A stretch of DNA of 64,000 nt from Octopus sinensis (lineage: Eukaryota), in contig NC_043002.1 of assembly GCF_006345805.1 (NCBI RefSeq), forward strand, positions 74,028,001 to 74,092,000. The letters run 5' to 3'. The notes under the pieces are model-generated. The model saw nothing but the letters and a program-made list of their open reading frames with translations. It was not told where the DNA came from and searched no databases. Below are positions 49,721-62,012 of the stretch, one piece after another; position 1 is the first letter of the stretch, and each line of letters begins with the position of its first letter. The position numbers and the translations under genes were made by a program.

Positions 49721-52700
49721 AGAGGTAATCAGAGTAAGTGACAGAATACTTAAGATTAGATTAGTGCTTCATCATAGTTTAGCAACCATTATATCAACCT
49801 ATGCTCCTCAGTCGGGGCTACCCGATGGACAGAAAGACCGATTCTATGACACTCTACTGCAGACTACTTCATTGACGAACGACAGAGACCTTATCTTTGT
49901 GGCTGGTGACTTCAATGGTCACGTTGGACGACATGCTGGGGGCTTCCATGGCGTACATGGAGGCTATGGCTATGGCTCCCGCAACGAGGAGGGAACCAGG
50001 CTGCTGGAGTTCTGCGATGCAAATAATCTTATGATTTGCAACACTAACTTCAGGAAACCTACCAGCCACCTAGTCACTTACCAATCGGGCCAACATACCA
50101 GCCAAATTGACTACATCCTTACAAGGCAAAGGGAGAGATGGCTGCTTATAAATGCAAAAACCTTCCCAGGTGAAGAATGTACCCCAACCATAGACTGGTA
50201 GTTAGTGACTTTAGGATCAGGACTAGGAGGACAACCAGAAGACGACAAATATGGAGAAGAAGGATCTGGAAGCTTAAAGATCCTGCAAATGGACAGAGAT
50301 AGGGACATATTACTTGAAGCCTCTGATGAAGTAGAAGGGGATAGAGCATCACAGGGGGTAGAAGACAGCTGGACGTTTCTAAGGGACAACCTGCTGAGAG
50401 CCACTGACCAGATCTGTGGCTGGGGCAAAGTCCCCTCTCGACCTAGAATAACGTGGTGGTGGAACAATATTGTAGACAGGGCTATTAGAGAAAAGAGACA
50501 GGCTTGGAAGGTCTGGAAAAATGGGGGTAGCAGGGAATTGTATCAGACTGCCAAAAGAGAAGCTAGGAGACAGTTTATTTAGCCAGAGGGGAAGCAGATA
50601 GAAAAAAATTTGCCAATGTTCTGCGCCGTGAGGACCAAAGACTGGAGGTGTTTCGTGTTGCAAGACAGTGTGTGAGAGAGAATCGTGATGTGTGGTAGGA
50701 GAGAAGTGTGTTCGCATGGAAGATGGTTCACTTGCGCTAAATGAGGATGCAAAGAGAGAGGTTGGAGATGCCACTATGAAAGGTTGCTGAATGAAGAAAA
50801 TGAATGGGATAAAGAGAGTCTGCCGAATGTTGACCCAACAGAGGGACCAGCTATCCGAGTTGATAGTTCTGTGGTAGCTAAGGCAATTAGAAGCATGAAG
50901 ACAGGGAAAGCCCCAGGCCCATCAGGAATCACTGCAGAGATGCTCAAAATGTCTGGTAGTGTCGGCTATAGCCTAGTCACCCATATAGTTAATCAGGTGA
51001 TACACAAGGGGTCATACCCAATGACTGGTGTAGCAGTATAATAGTCAACTGCTACAAAGGTAAAGGTGATGCCCTAGATACAAATAACTACAGAGGTATC
51101 AAGCTGTTGGACCAGGTGATGAAGGTTATGGAGAGGGTCATAGCCCAACTAATTAGAGAGAGAGTTAGTTTAGATGAGATGCAGTTTGGGTTTGTGCCAG
51201 GGAAAAGTACTACTGATGCTATATTCCTGGTAAGGCAGCTGCAGGAGAAATACCTAGCCAAAGATAAGCCCCTGTACCTGGGTTTTGTTGACATGGAGAA
51301 AGCCTTCGACAGGGTCCCCCGATCCCTTATCTGGTGGGCAATGAGAAAACTAGGGATAGATGAATGGTTAGTGAGAGCTGTGCGGGCCATGTATAGGGAC
51401 GCCGCTAGTAGGGTGAGGGTTGGAAATGAGTACAGTGAAGAATTCCGGGTAGAGGTAGGGGTCCACCAAGGCTCAGTACTCAGCCCCCTCCTATTTATCA
51501 TAGTCCTCCAGGCAATAACGGAGGAATTCAAGACAGGATGCCCTTGGGAGCTCCTCTATGCTGATGACCTTGCTCTAATTGCTGAATCGCTATCAGAACT
51601 GGAGGAGAAGTTTCAGGTGTGGAAACAAGGATTAGAATCGAAGGGCCTCAGAGTCAATCTAGCTAAAACCAAAGTCGTAATCAGTAGGAAGGTAGACAAA
51701 TCACAAACACCTTCAGGTAGATGGCCCTGCTCGATCTGTAGAAAAGGTGTAGGTAGAAACTCTATAAGATGCACCAAGTGTAAGCTATGGACACATAAGA
51801 AATGCAGCAAGTCAAGGAAGGAGGCTAACTAGGAAGATGGTTTTTGTATGTGGCAGATGCTCAGGAACAATAAACACTGAAAATGCTCTGAGACCAACTT
51901 CCGTCACTTTCCAGGGAGAAAAAACTAGAAATAGTTGATAGTTTCCGCTAACCAAGTCAGCAGCGGGGCGGGTGTGCTGAAAGTGTAACTGCTAGAGTAA
52001 GAATAGCTTGGGCAAAGTTCAGAGAGCTCTTACCTCTGCTGGTGACAAAAGGCAGACTGTATGATGCGTGTGTACGAACAGCCATGCTACATGGCAGTGA
52101 AACATGGGCCGTGACTGCTGAGGATATGCGTAAGCTCGCTAGAAATGAAGCCAGTATGCTCCGATGGATGTGTAATGCCGGTACTCACACTCGGCAGAGT
52201 GTAAGTACCTTGAGAGAAAAGCTGGACCTAAGAAGCATCAGTTGTGGTGTGCAAGAGAGACGTTTGCGCTGGTATGGTCATGTGGCGAGAATGGATGAAG
52301 ATAGTTGTGTGAAAAAGTGCCACACCCTAGCGGTTGAGGGAACCTGTGGAAGAGGCAGACCCAGGAAAACCTGGGACGAGGTGGTGAAGCACGACCTTCG
52401 AACTTTAGGTCTCACTGAGGAAATGACTAGAGACCGAGACCTCTGGAAGTGTGCTGTGCGCGAGAAGACCCGGCAGGACAAGTGAGTCCACAAACCGTGG
52501 CCTTCTACATGGGATGGAGCCAGCCTACGTATGCATACCTCCCTTCTTGGGACACAAAACTCTACTTGTGAGAGACGTGTTGAGGCAAGTGAGGATCAGA
52601 ATTGAAATCGATCAATGGAAATTGCGGATGTGCTACCAGTGCCGGTGGCATGTCGAAACTCTGCTTGTGAAGACCCATTGAGGCAAGTGAGGATCAGAAT

Positions 52701-53099
52701 CGAAATCGATCAATGGAAATCGATCAATGGAAATTGTAGATGTGTTACCAGTGCCGGTGGCATGTAAGAGAACTTTCCGTTTCGCGACCGTTGCCAGCAA
52801 CGCCCTGTTTCGTGTCCGTTGCCAGCCTCGCCTGGCCTCGTGCCGGTGGCACATAAAAAGCACCATCCGTTCATGGCCGTTTGCCAGCTCTGTCTGGCAC
52901 CAGTGCGGGTGGCACGTAAAAAGCACCCACTACACTCACGGAGTGGTTGGCATTAGGAAGGGCATCCAGCCGTAGAAACACTGCCAGATTTGACTGGGCC
53001 TGATGAAGCCTTCTGGCTTCACAGACCCCAGTAGAACCGTCCAACCCATGCTAGCATGGAAAACGGATGCTAAATGATGATGATGATGATGATGATGAT
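49721..53099 (+). mobile_element. 5'-truncated, frameshifted RTE-clade LINE (AP endonuclease, RT, PHD-like finger, 3' UTR, (ATG)n tail)
   Basis: YAPQ, GDFNGHVG and QIDYIL (APE); QFGFVPG, FVDMEKAFD, GVHQGSVLSPLLF and YADD (RT); RLRWYGHVARM...RGRPRKTW; ORF2 is split over at least five reading frames. Confidence 0.96.
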
Positions 53100-53989
53100 A
53101 TGATATATGTATGTGTGTATATGTATGTGCATATGTATATATAATATAAGTAATATCATCATCACTGTCATCATCATCATCGTCATCATCATTTAACAGC
53201 CATTCTTCATGCTGGCAAGAGTTGGATGTCTTGTTATGATCCAAATTAGAGGACCGTATCATATTTCAATGTCTGCTTTGGTATAGTTTTGAGAGCTCAA
53301 AGCTATACCAAAGCTTGTTTTACAGCAAGGATCCTTAGCTGATTACCTGGCTCCCGACTTGGTTTTACATGTAGCTTGGCATTTGGTCAAAGACTTCATC
53401 AAATGCACTTCTGCCCATATCCATATACATTCGTCTAAAATGGATTTTCATCCAAACTGTTGACAAGTATGGATTTAACCATAAAAGACAGTAGTACTTG
53501 GATACAGCATGCTAAAACACCTGAAACCACATTTGGCTTTTTAACACAAATGTCTTATTTTCAAAAGTTCTGAATTAAAATCTTCCATCATGCCTTTAGT
53601 CACAATTTATATTCCTAACTCTAGCTTAACGATAACTCAGTTATTTTACTAAATTCTTTGTTATACCATAAATTCTTGAGTATAATCTGCATTTTTTCCC
53701 CAAAATTTAAAGGTCAAAATCCCTTGTGTACTACATACAAAGTTAAAAATGAAAAATATTCTCTAAGCAATGTTCGAGTCTTTATTTTCTGTCTGGCAAT
53801 ATTTATTCAAACGCATTTTGTGATGTCGGGCAGGAAAATACCTTAAGCTAAGTCTGAAAGCAATGAAGTCATAAAAGAATCATCCATAACTTGCAGTAAG
53901 CAACATTTATTAAAATAAAAGTATTCAGAACACAGAAAAACATGTAACAAAAATAATTTGCAAACATATTTACATTCCCATATAATAGT

Positions 53990-54187
53990 TAAGAACATTA
54001 CCATTATAGTATTATGCATGAACGGAAGTGTTTGTTCGACTAGGTGCTGCTGGCTTAATTATGCACAACTCAAGTTAGAGAAGGGGTGCATATTATACAC
54101 ATGGTTTAGGTTTTTCAGAGGTACAGCCCCCTAAAAATCCCCTCTGTATTATACTGAAGGGCGGACTATACTCAAGGATTTACAGTA
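53990..54187. mobile_element. pogo/Tigger-like terminal fragment
   Basis: Ends gcggactatactcaaggatttacagta, resembling the reverse of TACCGTAAATCC..GAGTATA pogo-type TIRs; the other end was not found. Confidence 0.4.
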
Positions 54188-54726
54188 TTAAAAATTAATT
54201 GAAAGAAACACAGAGCTTCTCAACAGAAATATGGTAACAAAATGGTTAAGAAATACATGTTGGTCTCCTGAAGTATTCCATCACTGATAAGAATGACTTT
54301 TGAAAGTGGAATACAACAGTAAGACATACAGGTGCGGTGACCTCAAAATCTTTACTATAAAGAACTTCAACCATTTGCAGTTTTAGGACATTAGGTTCCA
54401 TTATTTCAGGGACAATTTGATTTTTCTCAAACTGAAAACTGTTCTCACTGACTAAAGACTGCCATTAACTTCTATTCAGTGTAAAATGTCCCCAATTAAT
54501 GGTGCTAATGTTCAAGGATTTAAGGTTATCTTTTGTGACATCATGAAATCTCTGGTTTGTGCTGGGTCACTAAAACTTAGCTTATCAAGTATGCGTGTAT
54601 GTATGTACATTGTACATGTGTGAGTGTGTGTGTGTGCGTGTGTGTGTGTGTGTGTGTATGTGTATATATATATATATACACACATATAGGCATATGTATG
54701 CATACCTTTATACATGATGATGATGA

Positions 54727-54762
<36 letters not shown>

Positions 54763-54831
54763 TATACACTTACAAACATACACGTATGTACACATATACA
54801 CATAAATATATATGTGTCTTGTATGTATGTA

Positions 54832-54934
<103 letters not shown>

Positions 54935-55021
54935 GATATATATGTACGTAGATATGTTTATGTATATACATGCATTTATGTGTCTGTATATGTATAAATA
55001 CACACATACACACACACACAA

Positions 55022-55054
<33 letters not shown>

Positions 55055-55256
55055 TAGATAGATAGTTGTAGCATACACATAATACACACAGACACAAACA
55101 GCTATGACTACCACCACCACTGCCATCTTTGCCACCACCACCACCGTCACTGCTATCACCATCATCGCTATCATCACCAAAAACACCAGCTCTAAAACCA
55201 CCGCCATCACCAATGCACTACTGCTACCAGTGACTCGAAATATATTTTTATTTACT

Positions 55257-55426
55257 TTTTTAATTATATTTCCATGCAGCTGTAGTTTTGTGTCTGAAAC
55301 AGGAACAGTCACTCCTGGAATAGAAAATGGCTACAAAATGGTTGGCCGGATTATATCAATGATGAGGATTGTGAAAATATAAATATATACTGTGTTTGAG
55401 CCAGTGAGAGAGAGAGAGAGAGAGAG
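55257..55426 (+). repeat. ~170-bp segment duplicated identically at 56689-56860
   Basis: Direct repeat, offset 1432 bp, both copies ending in (GA)n. Confidence 0.92.
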
Positions 55427-55494
55427 TGTGTATGTGTTGTGAGTATAACTATGTATATGTGTATATGCATATATATTTATAGATAGAAAGATAG

Positions 55495-55563
<69 letters not shown>

Positions 55564-55713
55564 CAGACAGATAGACAGATAGATAGATAGACAAAGAGAT
55601 AAATAGATATTATGCACACACACACACATGTATGTACTTCACTTCATGAAAATGTTGTCTGTACACCGTAATAATTACCTAATTGCACATTGATGATCAT
55701 CATAATCATCATC

Positions 55714-55763
<50 letters not shown>

Positions 55764-56833
55764 TGTTTCAAACAATAGTGTAATATTCCCCATACATATT
55801 TTGACAGGTGTGTTATTTAATGCGTTAATACCATATAAGAAGCTGTGTCATAAACATTATAATTCCTCGTTAACTATTTTGGCAATAATACCTACGATTA
55901 ACTCTCTCTCTCTCTTTCTTTTCTCTCTCTGTCTCTGTCTCTTCCTTTCTCCTTCTTTCTTTCTGTCTTTGTTTCAGGGATAAAGAAAGTTAAGCTTTTA
56001 ATTAAAGGATACGATTGAACTGATTAATTCAAAAATCATCACAGAACCATCCAAATATAGAACTTAAATGTGATCTATTATATTTTATCTTTTACTTGTT
56101 TCAGTCATTTGACTGTGGCCATGCTGGGGCACCACCTTGAAGGGTGTTAGTCAAACAAAGCACCCCCAGGACTTATATCTTTTTTTTTCTTTAAGCCTAA
56201 TACTTATACTTTTAGTCTTTTACTGTACCGCTAAGTTACAGGGACATAAACTCACCAACACTGGTTGTTAAGCAGTGGTGAGGAACAAACACAGACGCAA
56301 AGACACACACACACATAAATATATATGTACACACATACAGACATACAAACATATCTACATACATGCATTCATACATACATACATACATACATACAAACAT
56401 ACATACATACATACATACATACACACACACACATACATACACACACACACATATATGTAGTCCACTCTGCTGAGTGGTTGATGTTAGGAAGGGCATCCAG
56501 CTATAAAAATCCTGCCAAAACAGTTACAGAAGTCTGGTGCAGGCTTCTGCCTGGCCAGGTCTTTGACTGTTCCACCCATGCCAGCATGGAAGGTGGATGT
56601 TAAACAATGATGATGATGAGGACATATGTATGCATGTATAAGTATATATATATATACATATATATATATACATATATATATATATATGTTTTTAATTATA
56701 TTTCCATGCAGCTGTAGTTTTGTGTCTGAAACAGGAACAGTCACTCCTGGAATAGAAAATGGCTACAAAATGGTTGGCCGGATTATATCAATGATGAGGA
56801 TTGTGAAAATATAAATATATACTGTGTTTGAGC

Positions 56834-56869
<36 letters not shown>

Positions 56870-57779
56870 CATATATATGTATCCAATGTCACATAACTAG
56901 CACCCTGTCAGAGGCATGTAAAAAGCACCTTTTGAGTGTTGGGCCTCACAGAGGCAATGTGGTCGATGCCGGTGTCGCGTAACTAGCATCTGTGTCAATG
57001 GCACATAAAAATCACTTTTTGAGTATTGGGTTTCATGGAGTACTGGGGTCAATTTATTTGATTAAAATCTTTAAGGCAGTGCCCCAGCATGGTCACAGTC
57101 CAATGACTGAAGCAAGTAAAAGTTAACATAGAAATAAAAAAAATAAGTTTGGCATAAAGTGAATGTGTCAGTTATTTAACAGCATATGAGAAAGAGTTTG
57201 GTATTTATCCTGTAATTCTCGGGAGTAGGATACAATGGATGTTATAGTTGTTTTGTTAGTTAGCTGCAAGTTAGCCCTGATTGAATAGACTTATGATGAA
57301 AGCATTCAAGCTTTGACCATCCTATCTTCTATGTTTTTTTCCTAGCATTATGTAGGATAGCCTTCATTGACTCCAATGTGTTCTCTTTTAGAAGACAGCA
57401 GGGTGTGGTTTAATGAAAATATGGTTGCTATTTCTTGTAGGTTAAGTGTCCACATAGTGACACCCTCATTGGCTTGTCATTATAGATGTCACATATGTAC
57501 CCAGGGGAGTTTCAACAAGTTCAGATAACATTGTTACCCACAAACATCCTTGCAAATATGATTATTACTTTCTAACAATTATTTTAATTTTGTGCTTTTT
57601 ACATATTAAATGGTTATGCATTTTGATAACTGAGAAACCCATTGGTTGAAATCTTGGTGATATCCATGGACATAGTGAAGAAAGGTGGTCTGACAAATAC
57701 AACATTGCCAAATATAGAACAAGTGTGTAGCTCAGCTCTAAACAGTATATTTGTAATTGATGATTGTATGTAGTTTCAT

Positions 57780-58196
57780 AGGCGCAGGAGTGGCTGTGTG
57801 GTAAGTAGCTTGCTAACCAACCACATGGTTCCGGGTTCAGTCCTACTGCGTGGCATCTTGGGCAAGTGTCTTCTGCTATAGCCCCGGGCCGACCAATGCC
57901 TTGTGAGTGGATTTGGTAGACGGAAACTGAAAGAAGCCTGTCGTATATATGTGTATATATATGTATGTGTGTTTGTTTGTGTGTCTGTGTTTGTCCCCCT
58001 AGCATTGCTTGACAACCGATGCTGGTGTGTTTATGTCCCCGTTACTTAGCGGTTCGGCAAAAGAGACCGATAGCATAAGTACTGGGCTTACAAAAAAAGA
58101 ATAAGTCCCGGGGTCGAGTCGCTCGACTAAAGGCGGTGCTCCAGCATGGCCGCAGTCAAAGGACTGAAACAAGTAAAAGAGTAAAGAGTAAAGAGA
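57780..58196 (+). mobile_element. SINE family A, well-preserved full copy
   Basis: tRNA-like head aggcgcaggagtggctgtgtggtaag...ggttcagtcc, internal (TG)n, tail gactgaaacaagtaaaagagtaaagag; further copies at 60838-61190 (+) and 62153-62527 (-). Confidence 0.9.
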
Positions 58197-58725
58197 GTAT
58201 ATAAGGATATTACACCACCACTGAGAACATGGGCCTTAGGGGTTGACAAATTTAAGATAATGTATTGTTTTGTCATAAAGAGGAAGCTAATTTTTTGCTT
58301 TTTTTCAATGCAGCCTCTTCAAATACAACAAATTTTCATTCATAGCCCTTGCTTTACTGCGCATAGCATCCCTTTTCTTACTACTTACATAGTTTGTTAA
58401 GAATAGAGATAGTAGCTTCACCTCTAATATTTCATCGTATCTACAGCTGGTGATGTCAGCAACCGGAGAACTTATCTACTACTTCTGGGTAGACATTTGA
58501 GTAGCCCATAGTTGTTAGTTTATTACTGCTCATGCTGTTAGCTATTTCAATGCAGCAGGTACCCTGAAGATTTGATTCCTGGTGAACATACGTATTTCAT
58601 CATACCTTTTGTGTACCCAACATTAGCACTGACTACAAAATTCTGCTGCTGTGCTGTATATCACACAGAGACACATCCACTTTGTAATTAAACAATTAAC
58701 CATTTACATGTATATATATACATAG

Positions 58726-58758
<33 letters not shown>

Positions 58759-59055
58759 TGTATGTATGTATGTATGTATGTATGTATGTGGATGTATGTA
58801 TGCATGTAGGTATGTATACATATATTTGTGTGAACATGTGTGTGTGTGCATTTGTGCGTGTGAGTCTGTTTGTGTTTGTTTTTATGTGTAGCTATATATA
58901 TTAAAAAAATCCAGTCTGACATTAATTGATTCAATCAATTTTATTCTTATAAGGAAAAGGTTGACAGTGAATTTGAAGTTTCTGTTTAGTTGCTTTCATT
59001 TGACAATGACAACTAAGTTAAGACTTCTCAAATCTCTGTCATCCTTGTAAAAATA

Positions 59056-59102
<47 letters not shown>

Positions 59103-60050
59103 TTGCATATGTTTGAATGTACATTTACATATACATGTGTATATATATGTGTGTAACATAAGCACTAAATAATAAGCACATCATGCATATATGTTTTCTT
59201 TACCTTCTTGTGTACTCAGTATTGTTATAAGAATGAATCCAAATGTTTGATCAACTGAAAAATATTCTCTCTGGTCACAATCAAAAATTTTTATATGTTG
59301 CTTTTAATATTATTATGAGGTGAGAACATGACAAATTGGCTGATATGTTAGAAAGTAATACACAATATTTTAAAAGCAGCGAGCAGGCAGAATTGTTAGC
59401 ATCAAGGCAAGATGCTTAGCAGCATTTCATCCATCTTTGAGTTCTCAGTACAAAGTCCACCAAGGTTGGCTTTGCCTTTCATCTTTTCAGGGTCAATAAA
59501 ATAAGTACCAGTTGAGTACTGGGGTTATTGAATCGACTTGGCTCTTCCTGCCAATTATTGGCCTTGTGCCAAAATTAGAAACCAACATTATTATGAGAAT
59601 CCATCAATAAGCTGGTTGAAAGATTGATAGTTTTGAATCCTGTCGTTAATGACCCACAGTGCCCTTGGCTGAGACAATTAATCTTCAGATAGTACCATTA
59701 TACCTAACTACAAACAAGTACCATGGGTGGAGCATCACTCTGTTATAAGCATCATAAGACCTATGTTTCATTAGCTTGTGGTGTGGGGTTCAAATTTCAA
59801 GAAATATGGCTGTCTTATAGAGAAACATGGACTCTACCTCTGCCAGGTTGCTTTTCTCTTGAAAACACATGATAGCAACAATTTTCAGTAAATTCCTGGG
59901 AATATGATACCAAAAGGGACTTAAATTGTAAGCAAACACACTACTATTAAATTTAGGAAGCATCATAGAGCAAGAGATGTGCTCCCAATGAGCCAAGTTC
60001 TAAACTTGGTTTCAATTTTCAGCTGTAGCAATTTCACTTTACTAACATAC

Positions 60051-60218
60051 CTTTGAAAAAAGCACAAATATCATAAAAGCACTTTGAGGTTTGAAGAAAT
60101 CAATACCATTAAAGAAACATGTGGTGAGAATTGTAGAAATAAAAGCCATGTTCCCAGAAAACAGAGACTGTGTCATGGCTTCAATTCCCATGTAAAGCCT
60201 ATTCACTGCATATATCTT
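60051..60218 (-). CDS. Predicted 168-nt exon of a membrane protein: KIYAVNRLYMGIEAMTQSLFSGNMAFISTILTTCFFNGIDFFKPQSAFMIFVLFSK
   Basis: Acceptor ctttag|AAG (a NAGNAG site), strong donor AAG|GTATGT, phase 0-0, open, hydrophobic; the family is not securely recognised. Confidence 0.55.
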
Positions 60219-61705
60219 CTAAAGACTTATGTATCTAGTGGGGGAAAGAAATCAATATCATTATAAGATAATTAAGAAACTATCTACAAAATGACATTGA
60301 AATTTTTGGTAAAGTTTTGTTTTTAAATTTTTCGAATAAGTTTTCTTAACTTTTGGATACGTCAGAAAGTCATTCATTATCAAAGATCTCATTTGTTATT
60401 CCTATTAGAATAACAAACAACATACTTTAAGGAGAAACCACGAGGAGTGACCTCTACTTAAACTAAACAATTACTCATTGTTTTTTTAAACTCATTGTAG
60501 ACGTAATACCGTAATGCATAAAATAATATATTATTGTTATTATTATTCATATTCATAATTCCTTGTACTCTTATACACAAAGAAAAGACATGTTTATGAC
60601 AAAATAGGTGTACCAAATGATCAAAATATATTTAAGAGTAAGAATGAAGATTAAAAAATACAAGATATGTGTAGAATAAGACTTGAAGCATGCAAAGTCT
60701 AAATGTTTGTTAAATATCTACAAAAAAAAAAGCAAAAACAAAAAAACTCCAAACCAATCCTCTTCAGCTTTTATTTGCTATTGATAATGCATTTCTGACA
60801 AATGCCGTTTATTTTCTGATAGAAGTATAGAGATATAGGCACAGGCCTGGCTATGTGGTTAAGAAGGTTGCTTTACAACCATGTAGTTTCATGTTCATTC
60901 CCACTATGAGGTATGTGGGGCTAGTGTTTTCTACTGTCACTCCAGGTCTTTTGAGTGAATTTGATAGGAGAAACTATTCAGAAGCTTACCATGTGTGTAT
61001 ATTTGTCTCTCAATGTTTGGCAGTCAGTGTTGGTTTGTTGACATACCTATAACTCAGCGCTTTGGCGAAAAGAGATTCCCAGAATGAGAACCAGACTAAA
61101 AATAAGTACTGGAATTTATTTGATTGACTAGACCCATTAAGGTGGTACCCCAGCATGGCCACACTCCAATGACAGAAACTAGTAAAATAATCAAAGACTG
61201 TCATAGCTTTTAGGCTTTCTTTTTCTTTTTTAAGTATGGTGGACACAGCTGAGACAGGAGAAAAATAAAATTGAATGCTTTATGTACTTTACATTTTTGA
61301 ATTGAAATCCTGCTGGGATTGACATTAAATTCCATTACTTTTAATTCACTAACATAAATACATTTAATATACTGGAATCAATTCAATGGACTATACTCAC
61401 TCTCTGTGGCAATAAACTTGTGCTTAGTCAATCAAAACCAATTTTTGTTGTTTGGTTGTAAACTACTTAGAAAAGAGATGAGCTCTTGATAACTGAATCT
61501 GTGATATAGATTGGATTGTCAATTGAAGCTATTTCACTTAAATTATGATGATCATTCCACAGAAGCACGAACATTACAAAATCAAATTATCTTTACAGCA
61601 TCATGCTTAGTATTGTGCATTTATTTTGTAGTTAATGATCAGAAATATTTTCCACTCATCTTGTTAAAAAAATATATATTAGCAATATATTTTTTATTTT
61701 TATTT

Positions 61706-62012
61706 ATGCGCCCTTTTCAAGCCTAGCCAGGCTTATGGGCCCGGTTTCCCGGTTTCTATGGCATATGTGTTCCCTCCAGCTGGATGAGACACCAGTCCAT
61801 CGCAGCATTACCCAAGAAACAGGAAGAAAGAGTGAGAGAAAGTTGGGGCAAAAGAGTACAACTGGGGTTGCCACCAGCCCCTGCTGGAGCACCTTGTGGA
61901 GCTTTAGGTGTTTTCACTCAATAAACACACACAACGCCCGGTCTGGGAATTAAAACTGTGATCCTCCGACCGCGAGTCCGCTGCCCTAACCACTGGGCCA
62001 TTGCGCCTCCAC
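61706..62012 (-). mobile_element. tRNA-derived SINE (family C head, tail shared with the 31775 type)
   Basis: 5' part matches 3796-3990; 3' part matches 31925-32023. Confidence 0.8.

Noticed and set aside
53022-53045. CTGATGA-AGCC-TTCT-GGCT in the RTE UTR, resembling a hammerhead
   Set aside because: Followed by TCAC rather than GAAA; other UTR copies read ctggtgcagcc, so this is a chance variant.
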